Shown piece by piece: positions 1-14,044 of a stretch of DNA of 64,000 nt. Origin of the DNA: the human T2T-CHM13v2.0 reference genome, Homo sapiens. The notes beneath the pieces are model-generated. The model had not been told where the DNA came from and searched no databases. It worked only from the letters and a program-made list of their open reading frames with translations. The first letter of the stretch is position 1. Each line of letters starts with the position of its first letter. A program made the position numbers and the translations under genes. The stretch is from the NCBI RefSeq assembly GCF_009914755.1, contig NC_060947.1, one strand, 5' to 3'.

Positions 1-344
1 TCTATCTGTAAAATCAAGATAATATACCATGTGATCTTTGAAGTACTTCACAGCTTTATCATAACATTATTTTGTTTAATATTACATGAATGCATAGAAA
101 TCTGTGTGCTACACTGAATATACACAATCAGGTAAAAGTGAAGTATATCTTTATTATAATAATTAAATTGAAATCAGTAGGGTTATGTGACTTTTCCAGT
201 AAGTGTTACAAAACTACTTAGGGACAGGTCTGAGAATATAACATAACCCAAAATCTCTAGTTTAATTCTTCTACCTGCATTTATGTAATAAATGACATTA
301 TTTCATCATTTTATTTATCTAGGAATTTTTAAATTTTATAATAT

Positions 345-637
345 ATGTCCCACACTGTACTAGGCACAAATAATTTAAAATGAATTAAAAATTATGCCTA
401 AAATAATGTAGCTTACATTCTAACTGAAAAAGATGCCAAAAAACGTAGTGTGGTAAACACTTTGATAGGGAATGTGCTCAATATATGGGACCATAGTAGA
501 AACATTGCCACATTTCTGAGTTGAACCTTGAGGACTAAATAAGAGTTTACCATGTCAAAAATGAGAAATAATTAATGAAAGCAAAGTAAATAGCATGAAT
601 AAAGGCACTGAATTATAAAGTTAGTGTCTGGAGCAAT
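345..637 (-). mobile_element. L2 LINE 3' region fragment, interrupted by the L1 at 649-7991
   Basis: Degenerate L2-like motifs (cacactgtactaggcac; gcttacattcta; gagttgaaccttgagg; agcatgaataaaggc). The pattern continues after the L1. Confidence 0.55.
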
Positions 638-2072
638 TAGAGAACTTACTTTTTATTTTTATTTCCAACTTTTATTTTAAGTTCAGGTGTACATGTGTGG
701 GATATGCGGGTTTGTTAACATAGGTAAATGTGGTGCCATGGTGATTTGTTGCACAGATCATCCAATCACACAGGTATTAAGCTGAACATCTATTAGCTGT
801 TCTTCCTGATCCTCTTACTTCTCCCACCCTCCACCCTCAAACAGGCCCCAGTGTGTGTTGTTCCCCACCATGTGTCCATGTGCTCTCATCATTTAGCTCC
901 CACATGTAAGTGAGAACATGGAATATTTGATTTTCTGTTTTTGCATCAGTTTGCTAAGAATAATGACTTCCATGTCCAGCCATGTCTCTGCAAAGGACAT
1001 AGTCTCATTCATTTTCATGGCTGCATAGTATTCCATAGTGTATATGCACTACATTGTCTTTATCCAGCCTAGCATTGATGGATATTTAGGTTGATTCCAT
1101 GTCTTTGCTATTGTAAAAAGTGCTGCAATAAACATACACATGCATGTGTTTTTATAATAAAATAATTTACATTAATTAGGTATATACCTAGTAATGGTAT
1201 TGCTGGGTTAAATGGGATTTCTGCCTCTAGGTCTTTGAGGAATCTCCACGACAATTGTTGAAATGATTTACACTTGCACGAACTGTGTAGAAGTGTTCCT
1301 TTTTCTCCACAGCCTCACCAGCATCTGTTGTTTTTTGGCTTTTTAAAAATCACCATTTGACTGGTGTGAAATGATATCTCATTGTGGTTTTGATATGCAT
1401 TTCTCTAATGATCAGTGATGTTGAGCATTTTTAATGTATGTTCATTGCATGTATGTCTTCTTTTGAGAAGTGCCTGTTCATATCCTTTGCCCAGTTTTTA
1501 ATAGGGTTGTTTGATTGTTTTTTCTTGCAAATTTGCTTAAGTTCCTTATAAATGGTGAATTTTAGACCATTGTCAGATGCATATATTGCAAAATTTTTAT
1601 CCCATTCTCTAGGTTGTCTGTTTACTCTGTTTATAGTTTCTTTTACAGTGCAGAAGCTCTTTAATTAGATCCCAGTTGTCAATTTTGGCTTTTGTTGCAA
1701 TTTCTTTTAGCATGTTTGTCATGAAATCTTTGCTCATGCCTATGTCCTGAATGATATTGCCTAGGTTATCTTCTAGGGTTTTTTGTTTTATTTGTTTCAG
1801 GTTTTACATTTAAGTGTTTAATCCGTCTTGAGTTTATTTTTGTATATGGTGTAAGAAGGGGATCCAATTTTAGTTTTCTGCATCTGGCTAGCCAGTTCTC
1901 CCAGCACTATTTACTAAATAGGGAATCTATTCCCCATTGCTTGTTTTTGGCAAGTTTGTCAAAGGTCAGATGGTTGTAGGTGTGTGATCTTATTTCTAGG
2001 TTCTCTATTCTGTCCCATTGGTCTCTATGTCTGTTTTTGTACCAGTACCATGCTGTTTCAATTATTGTTGCC

Positions 2073-3087
2073 CTATAATATAATTTGAATTCTGATAGGG
2101 TGATGCCTCCAGTTCTGTTGGTTTTTCTTAGGATTGCCTTGACAATTCAGGCTCTTTTTTGGCTCTACATGAATTTTAAAATAATTTTTTTCCAATTTTT
2201 TGAAAAATGTCAATGGTAGTAAGATGAGAATAGCATTGAATCTATACATTGTTTTGGGCAGTGTGGTCATTTCCATGATATTGATTCTTCCTATCTGTGA
2301 GCATAGAATGTTCTTTTCCATTTGTTTGTGTCATCTCTGCTTTCTTTGAGCAGTGGTTTGTAGCTCTCCTTAAACAGGTCCTTCACTTTCTTTGCTAGCT
2401 GTACTTCTAGATATTTTATTCTTTTTGTGGTAACAGTGAATGAAAGTTCATTCATGATTTGGCTCTCAGTTTGGCTGCTGTTGGTATACCGGAATACTAG
2501 CAATTTTTGCACATTAGTTTTGTATCCAGAGGCTTTGTTGAAGTTTCTTATTAGCTTATGGAGCTTTTGGGCTGAGATGATGGAATTTTCTAGATATAGG
2601 ATCATGTAGTCTGCAAATGAAGATAGTTTGACTTCTTCACTTCCTATTTGAGTATACTTTATTTCTTTCTCTTGCCTGATTGCCCTGACCAGGACTTCCA
2701 ACACATTATTGAATAGGAGTGGAAAGAGAGGGCAACCTTTTCTTGTGCCATTTCTCAAGGAGGATGTGTTCAGCTTTTGCCCATTCAGTATGATATTTGT
2801 TGTTGTTTTGTCATAAATGGTTCTTATTATTTTGAGGTATGTTCTTTCAATACCTATTTTATTGAGCATTTATAATATGAAGGGATGTTGAATTTTATTA
2901 AAGGCCTTTTCTGGTCTATTGAGATACTAATGTGTTTTTTGTCTTTAGTTCTGTTTATGTGATTAATCACATTATTGATTTCTGCCATTGAACTAGCCTT
3001 GCATACCAGAAATGAAGCCAACTTAATTGTGCTTTTAGATATGCTGCTGGATTTGCTTTGCCAGTATTTTGTTGAGGACTTTTGCAT
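2073..3087 (-). pseudogene. L1 ORF2p reverse-transcriptase region, frameshifted
   Basis: ORF 2291-2869 contains [23 protein letters not shown] and IKYLEVQL (L1 RT motifs with the YADD/FADD motif degenerate). The region is split over three frames. Confidence 0.9.
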
Positions 3088-3404
3088 TGATGTTCATCAA
3101 GAACATTGACCTGAAGTTTTCTTTCTTTCTTTCTTTTTCGTCTTTTTTTTTTTTTTTTTTTTCGTATTTCTGCCATGTTTTGATATCAGGATGTTGCTGG
3201 CCTCACAGAATGAGTTAGGGAGGAGTCCCTCCTTTTTGATTTTTTGGAGTAGTTTCAGTAGGAATGGTACCAGCTCTTCTTTGTACCTCTGGTAGAATTC
3301 AGCTGTGAATCCATCTATTCCTGGGATTTTTTTGGTTGGTTGGCTATTTATTTTTGCCTCAATTTGAGAACTTGTTAATGGTTTGTTCAGTGATTCAATT
3401 TCTT

Positions 3405-3710
<306 letters not shown>

Positions 3711-6319
3711 TCAAATAATTAAGTTTATTTCTGGTTCACTCTTGGGAGGGTGTATGTGTCTTGGAATTTAACCATTTCCTCTAGATTTAGTTGATGTACA
3801 TAGGAGTGTTGATAATATGCTCTGATGGTTGTTTGTATTTCTGTGGCATCAGTGGTAATACCCCTTTTGTCCTTTCTAATAGTGTTTATTTGAATATTCC
3901 TTTTTTTTCTTAATTAGTTTAGCTAGCAGTCTATCTATTTATTTAATTTTTTCAAGAAAGCAGCTCCTGGATTTGTTGGTCTCTTGAAGGGTTTTTTGTG
4001 TCTCTATCCCCTTCAGTGCAGCTCTGATCTTGGTTATTTCTTGTATTCTGCTAGTTTTGGTGTTTGTTTGCTCTTGGTTCTCTAGTTCTTTTAGTTGTGA
4101 TACTAGGTTGTTAACTTGAGATCTTTCTAGCATTTTGATCTGGGCATTTAGTATTATAAAGTTCCCTCTTAACACTTCTTTAGCTGAATCCCAGAGATTC
4201 TAGCATGTTGTATCTTTGTTCCATTAATTTCAAAGCACTTCTTGATTTTTGCCCTAATTTCATTATTTACCCAAAAATCATTCAGGGGGAGGTTGTTCAA
4301 TTTCTAAGTAGTTGTATGTTTTTGAGTGAATTTCTTAATCTTGAATTCTAATGTGATTGCCCTGTGTTTGGAGAGACTGATTGTTATAATTTCAGTTTTG
4401 TTTGAATTTGCTGAGGAGTGTTTTACTTCAGATTATGTGATCAATTTTAGAGTAAGTTCCATGAGGCAATGAGAAAAATGTATATTCTGTTGTTTTGGGG
4501 TGGAGAGTTTTGTAGATATCTACCATATATACTTGATCTAGAGATGAATTCAGGTCATAAATATATTTGTTAATTTTCTATCCGAATCATTTTTCTCATA
4601 TTGTCAGTGGGGTGTTAAAGTTTCCTATTATTATTGTGTGGAAATTTAAGTCTCTTTGAAGGTCTCTAAGAACTTGCTTTATGAATCTGGGTTATCCTGG
4701 ATTGGGCGCATATATATTTAGAATAGTCAGCTCTTCTTGAACCCTTTACCATTATGTAATGCCCTTCTTTGCCTTTTTTGAACTTTGTTGGTTTAAAGTC
4801 TGCTTTGTCAGAATCTAGAATTGCAACCCCTGCTTTTTTCTGTTTTCCATTTGTTTGGTAAATTTTTGTCCATCCTTTATTTTAAGCCTATATGTGTCTT
4901 TGCATGTCAGATGGTTCTCCTGAAGACAGCATAGCAATAGATCTTAGTTCTTTATCCAGCTTGCCACTCTGTGTCTTTTAACTTGGGCATTTAGCCTATT
5001 TACCTTTAAGGTTAGTATTGCTATGTGTGAATTTGATTCTGTCATTATCATGGCATCTGGTTATTGTGCAGACTTGTTATGTGGTTGCTTCATTGTGTCA
5101 TAGGTCTGTGTACTTCAGTGTATTTATGTAGTTGCTGGTAATGGTTTTTCCTTTCCATATTTTTTGCTTCCTTCAGGAGCTCTTGTAAGACAGGTCTGGT
5201 GGTAACAATTTCCCTCAACATTTACTTGTCTGAAAAGGATTTTATTTCTCCTTTGCTTATGAAGCTTAGTATAGCTGGATATGAAATTCTGGGTTGGAAT
5301 TTATTTTCTTTAAGAATGTTGAATATAGGTCTCCAATCTATGGATCTATGGCTTGTAAGTTTTCCACTGAAAGGTCCGCTGCTAGTCTGATGGGTTTCCC
5401 TTCATAGTTGACCTGTCCTGTCTTTCTAGCTGTCCATAACATTTTTTCTTTCTTTTCTGCTATGGAGATTCTGACAATTGTGTGTCTTGGGGATGATCTC
5501 ATGGAGTATCTTACTGGGGGTCTCAGCATTTTCTGAATTTGAATGTTGGCCTGTCTAGCTAGGTTGGGGAAGTTCTCCTGATGATATCCTAAAATATGTT
5601 TTCCAAATTGGTTTTGTTCTCCCTCTCTTTTTCAGGTACTCCAATCATCAGTTGTAGACTTGGTCTCATTACATAATCCTACATTTCTTGGAGATTTTGT
5701 TCACTCTTTTTTATTCTTTTTTCTCTATTATTGTCTGCCTGTCTTATTTCAGAAAGACAGCCTTCAATCTCTGGGATTCTTTCCGCTGCCTGGTCTACTC
5801 TACCATTAATACTTATGATTGCATTTTGAAGTTATTGTGTGTTTTTCAGCTTTATCAAGTCAGTTATGTTCCTCTCAATACTATCTATTTTGGCTGCTTT
5901 ATTTTATTATGAATCTTAGCTTCCTTGCATTGGGTCACAACGTGCTCCTTTAGCTCAGTAAAATTCATTTTTGTCTACATTCTGAAGCCTACTTCTATCA
6001 TTTCAGCCATCTCAGCCTCAGCCTAGTTCTGAAACCTTGCTGGAGAGGTGTTGTAGTCATTTGGAGGAAAGGGGGCACTCTGGCTTTTTGAGTTTTCAAC
6101 ATTTTTGCTCTGATTCTCATCTTTGTGGAATTACATAACTTCAATCTTTGGGGTTGCTGACCTTTGGAAGGGGTTTTTGTTTGTTTGTTGTTGTTTGTTT
6201 TTCTTTTAAAAGGACTGGCCACTCTTCCATAGGGCTGCTGCAGTTTGCTGGGTATCTACTCCGGACACTAGTCATCTCAGTTTTTCTCATACTTGCAAAT
6301 ATCACCAGTGAAGGCTGTG

Positions 6320-7420
6320 AAACAGCAAAGATGGCAGCCTGCCTCTTACTCTGAGAGCTCTGTTCCAGGATGTACTGATCTGTTGCCAGCCAGAAAGCAC
6401 ATGTAGGAGATGGCTGGAGACCCTATTTGGGAGTTCTCACTCAGACAGGAGGAATGGGATTAGGGACTCACTTAAAGAAGCAGTCTGGCTGCTTTTTTGT
6501 AAAGCAGCTGTGCTGTGTTGGGGATACCTTCAGCCCCTGATAGTTTTAGGCTTCCCAAGGCCCACAGGTTGGACAGGCTGAAACACCCAAACAACAAAGA
6601 TGGTGGCCCACCCTTCCCCCAGACACTTTGTCCCAGGGAGAAATCAGAACTCTGTTCATAGGATATGGGCAGATGTGGCCAGATACCCCAGTTAGGAGGA
6701 CCCTTCCCAGGAGGAGAAGTACATCGAGGTCCTATTTAAAAATGCAGTCTGACCCACCTTGACAAAACAGCCATGATGTACTGGGGAGCTGCCTCTGCCC
6801 CGGTCAGTTTGGACTCTCCATAGCCCACAGGTTGGAATGGCTGAGTCCTCCAAACAACAAAGGTGGCAGCTTGTTTCTCCCCTTGGGCACTCATCCCAAG
6901 GAAATATTAGAGCTCTGCTCATAGGATATAAGAGAGGGTGGCTAGAGGCCCTGGCTGAGAGGTCCCACCCAGTGAGGATAAATAGATCCAAGTCCTGCTT
7001 AAAAAAGCAGTCTGAACATGTTCTGGTAAAGCAGCCAGGTTGTGCTGTGGGGTCCCCTCGTCTTCTGGACCATTTGAACTCTCCAAAGCCCATAGACTGG
7101 AATGAATGAGTCATCCAAACAACAAAGGTGGTGGCCCACCCCTACCCTCAGGCACTTGGTTCCGGGGAGAGATCAGAGTTCTGACCATGGAGGTGGCTAA
7201 AGGACACAGCTGAGAAGTACCACTCAGTGAGGAATAATGGATTGAGGTCCCACTTAAAGAAGCAGTCTGGCCATATTCTGGCAAAGCAGCTGTGCTGTAC
7301 TGGGGTGGGGTTGTCCTATCTTCAGTCCAGATTTTACTTGGACTCTCCAAAGCCCACAAGCCAGAATGGCAGAGTCATCCAAACAGCTAAGATGGTAGCC
7401 CATCCCTCTCCCCAGGGGCT
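6320..7420 (-). repeat. ~260-bp diverged monomer array (about 4 units) in L1 5' UTR
   Basis: aa(a/g)gcagtctg...aagcagc...gtgctgt..ggg recurs near 6476, 6740, 7001 and 7255. caaacaacaaag(a/g)tgg-like motifs recur near 6322, 6588, 6851, 7116 and 7380. Confidence 0.8.
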
Positions 7421-8002
7421 CTGTCCCATCTCAGGCAGGCTCCACTCTCTTGCCAGTTGCTGGCTGGAATTCCCAGCCAGTGGGTCTTATCTTGTGAGGT
7501 GCGGTGGAACTGGGGCCAGCAGAATGACACTGCTCAGCCCCCTTCCTAGCGGTATGTAGGGACCTTCTGCTTTGCTTGAGTTGCAGTCACCTTTATCAGG
7601 CATTGCTGAGCTGAAGTATGTAAAACTCCTGGGTGTCTGTGCATGCCTGAGCAGCTGCTCTGCTGAGACTCCACACAGCTCTGTGTGTTGGGCCCAAGTT
7701 TCGGATGGAGTGGACGCAGGAGGGGATCTCCTGATCAGAGGGTTGCAAAGATCATTGAGAGAAGTGTGGTTTTCCAGGGTCGTACATTTACTCCCCACTT
7801 CCCTTGCCTGGGAATGGTAGTTTCCTTGGTTCCATGTCGCTCATGGGTGGACTGTTACCCTGAGCTGCTTTTCTTTGTTCTCTATGGGTAGAGATGTTTC
7901 CCTGATTAGTACCAATGCAAGTACTTGGATATTTCAGATGGAGGTGTTGTATTTACTCACCTATTTCCTTCCTCTCCATGAGTTTCACACCTAGAGAACT
8001 TA

Positions 8003-8120
8003 TTATGTGAAGGAAGATGAGATGCATATAATGACAACAAGGCTGAAAATATAGACTGAAGCCAGATTGGGAAGGATCTTGATTTCTGTGCTGAGTAAGA
8101 AGAAATTATATTCTATACAT
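8003..8120 (-). mobile_element. L2 fragment, continuation of 345-637
   Basis: aggctgaaaatatagactgaagccagattgggaaggatcttga is L2-like. Confidence 0.5.
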
Positions 8121-8556
8121 TACTGGGTTCCAAACTGTACTCCAATAAGGTATGAGAGTTTCTCAAAATGTCTTAGCTGCATTGGAGGGAGCAGGTAGGA
8201 AGATAGACTATAACAAATATTGGAGACTATTTTTATGGCATAGGGGAGACATTGAAGGGTCTTTTAAGGGTAACAAAATAAAGGCATTTTTCCTTTTAGG
8301 GAGGAAAGAGTAGGAGCAGCAAATAAAGATGAATTTTTGTCAGGAAATACTGTATTCAGAGACTTCAGTCAGACAGCTCTTGCATTGTCCACACAAGAGG
8401 TGATAAATGCCAAAAGTAGCGGAGTTATTCAGTTAATGAGAGACAACATTTATCTATCTTTTCAGTACCACAGCATAACCATTTTAAAGTATAGTATATC
8501 AAATCTTTGTATTATAAGGATTTCTTCTATACTCTAAAAGTTCACCTAAGATCTCT

Positions 8557-8587
8557 TATCTCTCTCTCTCTCTCTATATATATATAT
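8557..8587. repeat. (TC)n(TA)n microsatellite
   Basis: Read directly from the sequence. Confidence 0.9.
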
Positions 8588-9309
8588 GCCTATGCACATA
8601 ATAACTTTTAAAATAAATAATTACTTTATCATTCAGATTTTATTTACTATATTAGGTCTGAAACTTAATACCAGGATTTGGCTTCATCTATCTTTCTTGT
8701 GACACTTTTTTGGAGGAGGGGAAGGTAAAATAAATATATCAATTAAGAATTAATATAACTTCCCAGAATGATAAGGTAATGCTATGCCTATTACAATAAT
8801 GGCAAGTATTGCATATTGTGAACCTTTGCCTATTTCAGTTACTCATCTATATTTGTATAGGTAATTCTCATTAATCTCGGTAATGCAGTATGTTTTCTAA
8901 CTCACCTCCTATTTCAATACCATTTCATTTCAAATTGTCCATGTCATATATTTCACACCTACAAGCAATTATGTGTGAACTGCCCTTTGGTTAGAATAAT
9001 GTAAGAAAAGAAGAAAATTAATTTTAATACTATCTTTCATAATCTTTAGAATATTAAGTTTAACAACTTTTCAGATATTTATATTAGGACATAAATTGAC
9101 AATCTGTTAGTCTTGGTAGTTAATTAGTGCTCTAACTTATGAGAATTGAAAAAATTATATATTGATCTCTGGAATCATGGTTGCATGACATAAATGCAAA
9201 TGATCTTGTGATATAAACTACAATACATTTTAAAAGTTTCTCAATTTTTAGAATACAGTAGCAGTCATGAGTAAAATGAAATATTTAAAATATTTTATTA
9301 CATATGTCT

Positions 9310-11150
9310 GTAACTGAAAAAGAAATTAAAATATTCCATTTACAATAGCTACAAATAAAATTAAAAACCTAGTAATTAACCAAAGAAGTAAAAAATCTCT
9401 ACAATAAAAACTATAAAAAACTGATTAAAGAAACTGAAGAGGGTACATAAAAAATGAAAAGATACATTATGGTCATGGATTGGAAGAATCAGTACTGCTA
9501 ACATATTCATACTATCCAACGCAATCTACAGATTCAGTGTAATCCCTATCAAAATATCAATGCCATTTTTCACAGAAATAAAAAAAATGGTAAAATTTAT
9601 ATGGAATCGCAAAAGACCTAGAATAGCCAAAGATATCCTAAGTAAAAAGAACAAGACTGGAGAAATTACATTACTTGAATTCAAATTATACCATAGAGAT
9701 ATAGTAACCAAAACAGCATGATACTGGCATAAAAGCAGACATATAGATCTAAGGAACAGAATGGAGATCCAGAAACAAATTCATGCACCTACAATGGACT
9801 CATTTTCAACAAAAGTGCAAGGAGCACACCTTGGAGAAAAAACAGTCTCTTTAATAAATGGTGCTGGGAAAACTGGCTCTTCATATGCAGATGAATAAAA
9901 CTAGACTGCTCTCTCATGCTCTAAACAAAAATCAAATCAAAATAAATTAAAACTGAAATTTAAGAGTTCAAGTTATAAAACTGCTACAAGTAAACATTGA
10001 GAACACTCTCTAGAAAACTGGTCTGGGAAAAATTATTGAGCTATATCCCACAAGTACAGGCAACCAAAGTAAAAATGGGCAAATGGAATCACATCAAGTC
10101 AAAAAGTTTTTGCACAGCTAAAGAAACAATCAGCAATGTAAAGAGAAAATTCATGGAATGAAAGAAAATATTTGCAAACTACCCATCTGAAAATGGATTA
10201 ATAACTAGAATATATTAGGAGCTCAAACAACTCTATAGGAATAAATCTAAAAATGTGGTTGAAAAATGGGCAAAATATTTGAACAGACATTTCTCAAAAG
10301 AAATACAACTGGTAAACAGGCATATGAAAACGTTATCAACATCATTGATCATTGGAGAAATGCAAATTGGAACTACAATAAGATGTCATCGCACCCCAGT
10401 TAAAGTGGCTTTTATTTAAAAGTCTGGCAATATCAAATGCTGGCAAGGATGTGGAGAAAAGGAAACTCTCATACGCAGTTGTTGGGAATGTAAATTGGTA
10501 CAAGCACTACAGAGAACAGATTGGAGGTTCATCAAAAAACTAAAAATAGAGCTACCATATGATCCAACAATCTCACTGCTGGGTATATATCCAAAAGAAA
10601 GGAAATTAGTATATTAAAGAGATATTTGCTCTCCCATGTTAGTTCCAGCACTGTTCACAATAGGCAAGACTTGGAAGCAACCTAAATGTCCATCAACGCA
10701 TGAATGGATAATAAAAAATGTGGTACTTACACATATTAAAGTATGATTCAGCCAAAAAATAGGGAAATTCTGTCATTTGTAAAAACATGGATTTAACTGG
10801 AGGTCATTATATTAAGTGAAATGAACCAGGCACAGAAAAACAAACATTGCATGTTCTCACTTAGTTGTAGGATCTCAGAATTAAAACAATTGAACTCGCG
10901 GAGATAGAGAATAAAAGGATGGTTACCAGAGGTAGTGACAGGGAGAGGGGACGTGGAAATGGCTACAGGGTATAAAAAATGGTCAGAAAGCATGAATAAC
11001 ACCTAATATTTGATAGCAAAGAGGAGAACTATAGTCAATAACAATTCATACATTTAAAAATAACTAAAAAGTATAATGGCTTGTTTGTAACACAAAAGAC
11101 AAATGCTTGAGGGGATGCATAAGCAATTTTTCATGATGTGATTATTATGT
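9310..11150 (+). mobile_element. 5'-truncated L1MA1-3-type LINE-1 lacking its terminal tail
   Basis: ORF2 3' half and 3' UTR (gtttgtaacacaaaagacaaatgcttgaggggatg...gatgtgattattatg). No poly-A. Confidence 0.85.
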
Positions 11151-12049
11151 TCATTACAAAATTAGATGCTAGAGTAAAATTATCCATTGATTGAAGACAA
11201 CCTTCTTCATTAGATGTTAAAGAACTTTGATCTTATTTCTCCTTTAAAGTAAAAATGGTGTTTCTTGCTTTAAATGAATTATTTCTGTGGTTGCATAGAG
11301 ATGGACTGGCATCGGCTTTCTTTTTTAAGATGATGGTTGTATCTATCGTTGATGATGCAAATATCTTGCACATAAATCTTAGCTCTGTGAGCCAATTCTT
11401 TCTCAAAAGACTTTTGATTTTTAAATGAAGCCCTCAAATTATACTTTTGAAGCACAACTGTCTACAAACAAATTGTGATGTTAAAAAGGTGCAAAAGGCT
11501 TGGTGAGAAAATATAATGGAATTTATTTTTAACAAATACTTCTGCACACTCTTTCAGGTTTACTTCTGTCATAAACTCACAGGCATGCAAATATCTCTGG
11601 AAAATATGACATTGTCCTAAGCCTTTCTGCCTAGGAACTGATTATGACATGAATCTACTCCCATGTGAATAATTAAGATTACCTAATTTCCACTTCCTGC
11701 AATTTCAACAGATGGAATTTGAATGACATAGTTTGTTCATATGGCCTTCCCTTTTGAAGACAACTTTTTTCACATCTGTAAACCTACAAATGTAATTTAT
11801 GTGAAAACACTCCACTTCAGAAGTTGATATGTCTTGACTGATGTTAAGCTATTGTAGAAAATAGATGTTTATGACAACCGTTCTCTGCTAAGCTATAATA
11901 TTGCATTTTACTAAAATCTAACTCTTTAAAGTTTGTGGCATGTGGGAGAGCATCATTAATTAAAGAGCACCTTTCCCTTGGGCAATTTGAAATGTCAAAT
12001 TTGGTTCAGTCAAATGGTTTCACAAAATGAAGAATACAAAGATTTGTAT

Positions 12050-12255
12050 ATGGAGAAATTGGGGAAGGACATTTTAGGTAGAGACAATATATATTTGAGG
12101 ACTGGTGGGTAGTTTGATGTGTCTCAAGCATGAGATGTAAGTTGGTTAGTGGTAGGAAATACGTTAATAAAGAAAGTTGAAATTTTAATTCATAAGCAAT
12201 AAGAAAATACAAATTTTCGAGAGTGTGATATGACCAGATTTATGTCTTAAGAATT
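12050..12255 (-). mobile_element. L2 fragment
   Basis: ggggaaggacattttaggtagagacaa ... gtgatatgaccagatttatgtcttaagaa. Confidence 0.5.
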
Positions 12256-12844
12256 CAGCAAACTACTATTCTAAGTCAGAAAAAGCATCTCTGAAGCACC
12301 AGATTGCTAACTTCATTTGTGAAATTGAGATATCTGGACAGTGACTGATGTGCTAGTGAGAAGTATAATTTTAATAATTTGATTTAAGAGTCTAGAGTTA
12401 GGTGAAACAGGGATGATAAGAAACTTTGTCATAACAGAGGTTGAAGTTTTACTTCCATTTATGTGAGCAAATACGTGAAGCACCTCACCTTCAATGAGGA
12501 CATTTTCTAACATAGGAAATATTAAAAAAAAGATGAAAATTTCTTCTCCATAATTCTAAAATAACCTTAAATTGGCTTCTCCAGCATGTCTAATTTTAAA
12601 TAATACTGACACTTAAAGGAAACTACTAGAATAAGAGAGCAACAACACTAAAAATGTCAACCTACTTTAGGTATTTCTTTAGAATCATCTATTGAAGACT
12701 AGAGATCTTTTACTCTAAAATCATGATAATTTTAGTAGAAATGGTATTGAACTATTTCTTCTGGTAGTAATTAAACACAAGTATGACTGCTTTTGTAAAT
12801 GTATACCCAGCTTATGATTTTAAAAAAGAAGCAAGACAAGGAAA

Positions 12845-13105
12845 ACAAGCCAACAGTTTAATGCCTGCATTGGACCAGCTGTCCTTTTTGTGTGTGTGTG
12901 TGAAGGCTACTAGTTAAAAATGTGAGTTTTGATTATTACCTTTACATTAGTAAAGGATTAGAAAAAGAATGATAAAAAGAAAGTTGACGAGGAGAAGGAG
13001 GAGAAGGAAAGAGGAAATAAGAGGATTTGATAGAGATTGTATGCAACCCAGAAGAGCTAAAATATATATCTGACTACTTATAGAAAAGATTGCTGGACAA
13101 TGACC
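12845..13105 (+). mobile_element. Charlie4z/MER58-like hAT MITE with internal GA-rich expansion
   Basis: The end agagctaaaatatatatctgactacttatagaaaagattgctggac resembles the hAT MITE terminus. Confidence 0.45.
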
Positions 13106-13608
13106 TAAGGATACTTGTTTACAACTTTCCATGAGAGGAAGACATACATTGTTAATATTTATATTAACAAAAAACTTTATAGGGTTATTTAAAAAGAAGT
13201 ATATAACAAATATTAAAGTCATACACGCTGGTTTTAGGGATTTTATTTTAGTATGCTTCAAGATAAAATGAAAACTTCCCAGCATATGAATTTATAACAT
13301 AAAAAACTTCAAAACACTCATAAAGCATTTATTTGTAAGGAAAAATATACTACATTTTATAGAATAAAGACTTTATTAAATTGTTTAACTCTAGTACTAA
13401 AAAATAGATTATCTGCTCTTAAAGAGTTTTCAATATCTCAGCCATTGCTAGAATATGATGTATTTAGAAGGTAGAAAACAGAACAACAGGAGCTGTTGTT
13501 CACCAGATAATTCCTACTAAGGGAGAATAAATATGTATTTTGGGTAAATTCTTCTTAGAAACTCTGAAGCATGCAACTACCAAATACTAAGAGAAATAAG
13601 AAAAAACA

Positions 13609-13863
13609 TAACTTTTATTTATATGTTGATTTACTGTCTTACAATTTTACTTTATTTATTAGTTCTAAAACTTGTTTGTGGTGTCTCTAAAGTTTTTCTA
13701 CATATAAGACTGTCATTTACAAACAGATATTATTTTAGTTATTTTCTGATTGGAATAACCCTTACTTATTTTACTTGCCTAATTGCTTTGGCTAGAACTT
13801 TTAGTAGTATGTTGAACACAACTGGTGAGTGTAGACATCCTTGCATTAATGCTGATCTTAGGC
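13609..13863 (-). mobile_element. L1M ORF2 fragment, inverted relative to the downstream L1s
   Basis: Antisense RT region (ttgcctaattgctttggctagaacttttagtagtatgttgaa...acatccttg). Confidence 0.8.
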
Positions 13864-13865
13864 AA

Positions 13866-14044
13866 TGTGATGGTTAATACTGAGGGTCAACTTGATTGGG
13901 TTGAGCTATACAAAGTATTAATCCTGGGCATGTCTGTGTGGGCATTGCCAAAAGAGATTAACACTTGGGTCAGTGGGTTGGGAAGGCAGATCCACCTTTA
14001 ATCTGGTGGGCACAATCTAATCAGCTTCCAGTGAATATAAAGCA
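13866..14044 (+). mobile_element. MLT2A (HERV-L) LTR 5' portion
   Basis: Starts tgtgatggttaatactgagggtcaacttgattgg, the MLT2A start. 3' part missing. Confidence 0.85.

Noticed and set aside
2967-3176. Poly-basic NLS-like ORF ([15 protein letters not shown])
   Set aside because: Expansion of an A-rich tract inside the dead L1 ORF2.
6692-7891. Cluster of overlapping 70-140 aa ORFs (also 43390-45321 and 40901-41291)
   Set aside because: They lie in GC-richer L1 5' UTRs or MaLR internal sequence where stops are rarer, and show no protein homology that I recognise.
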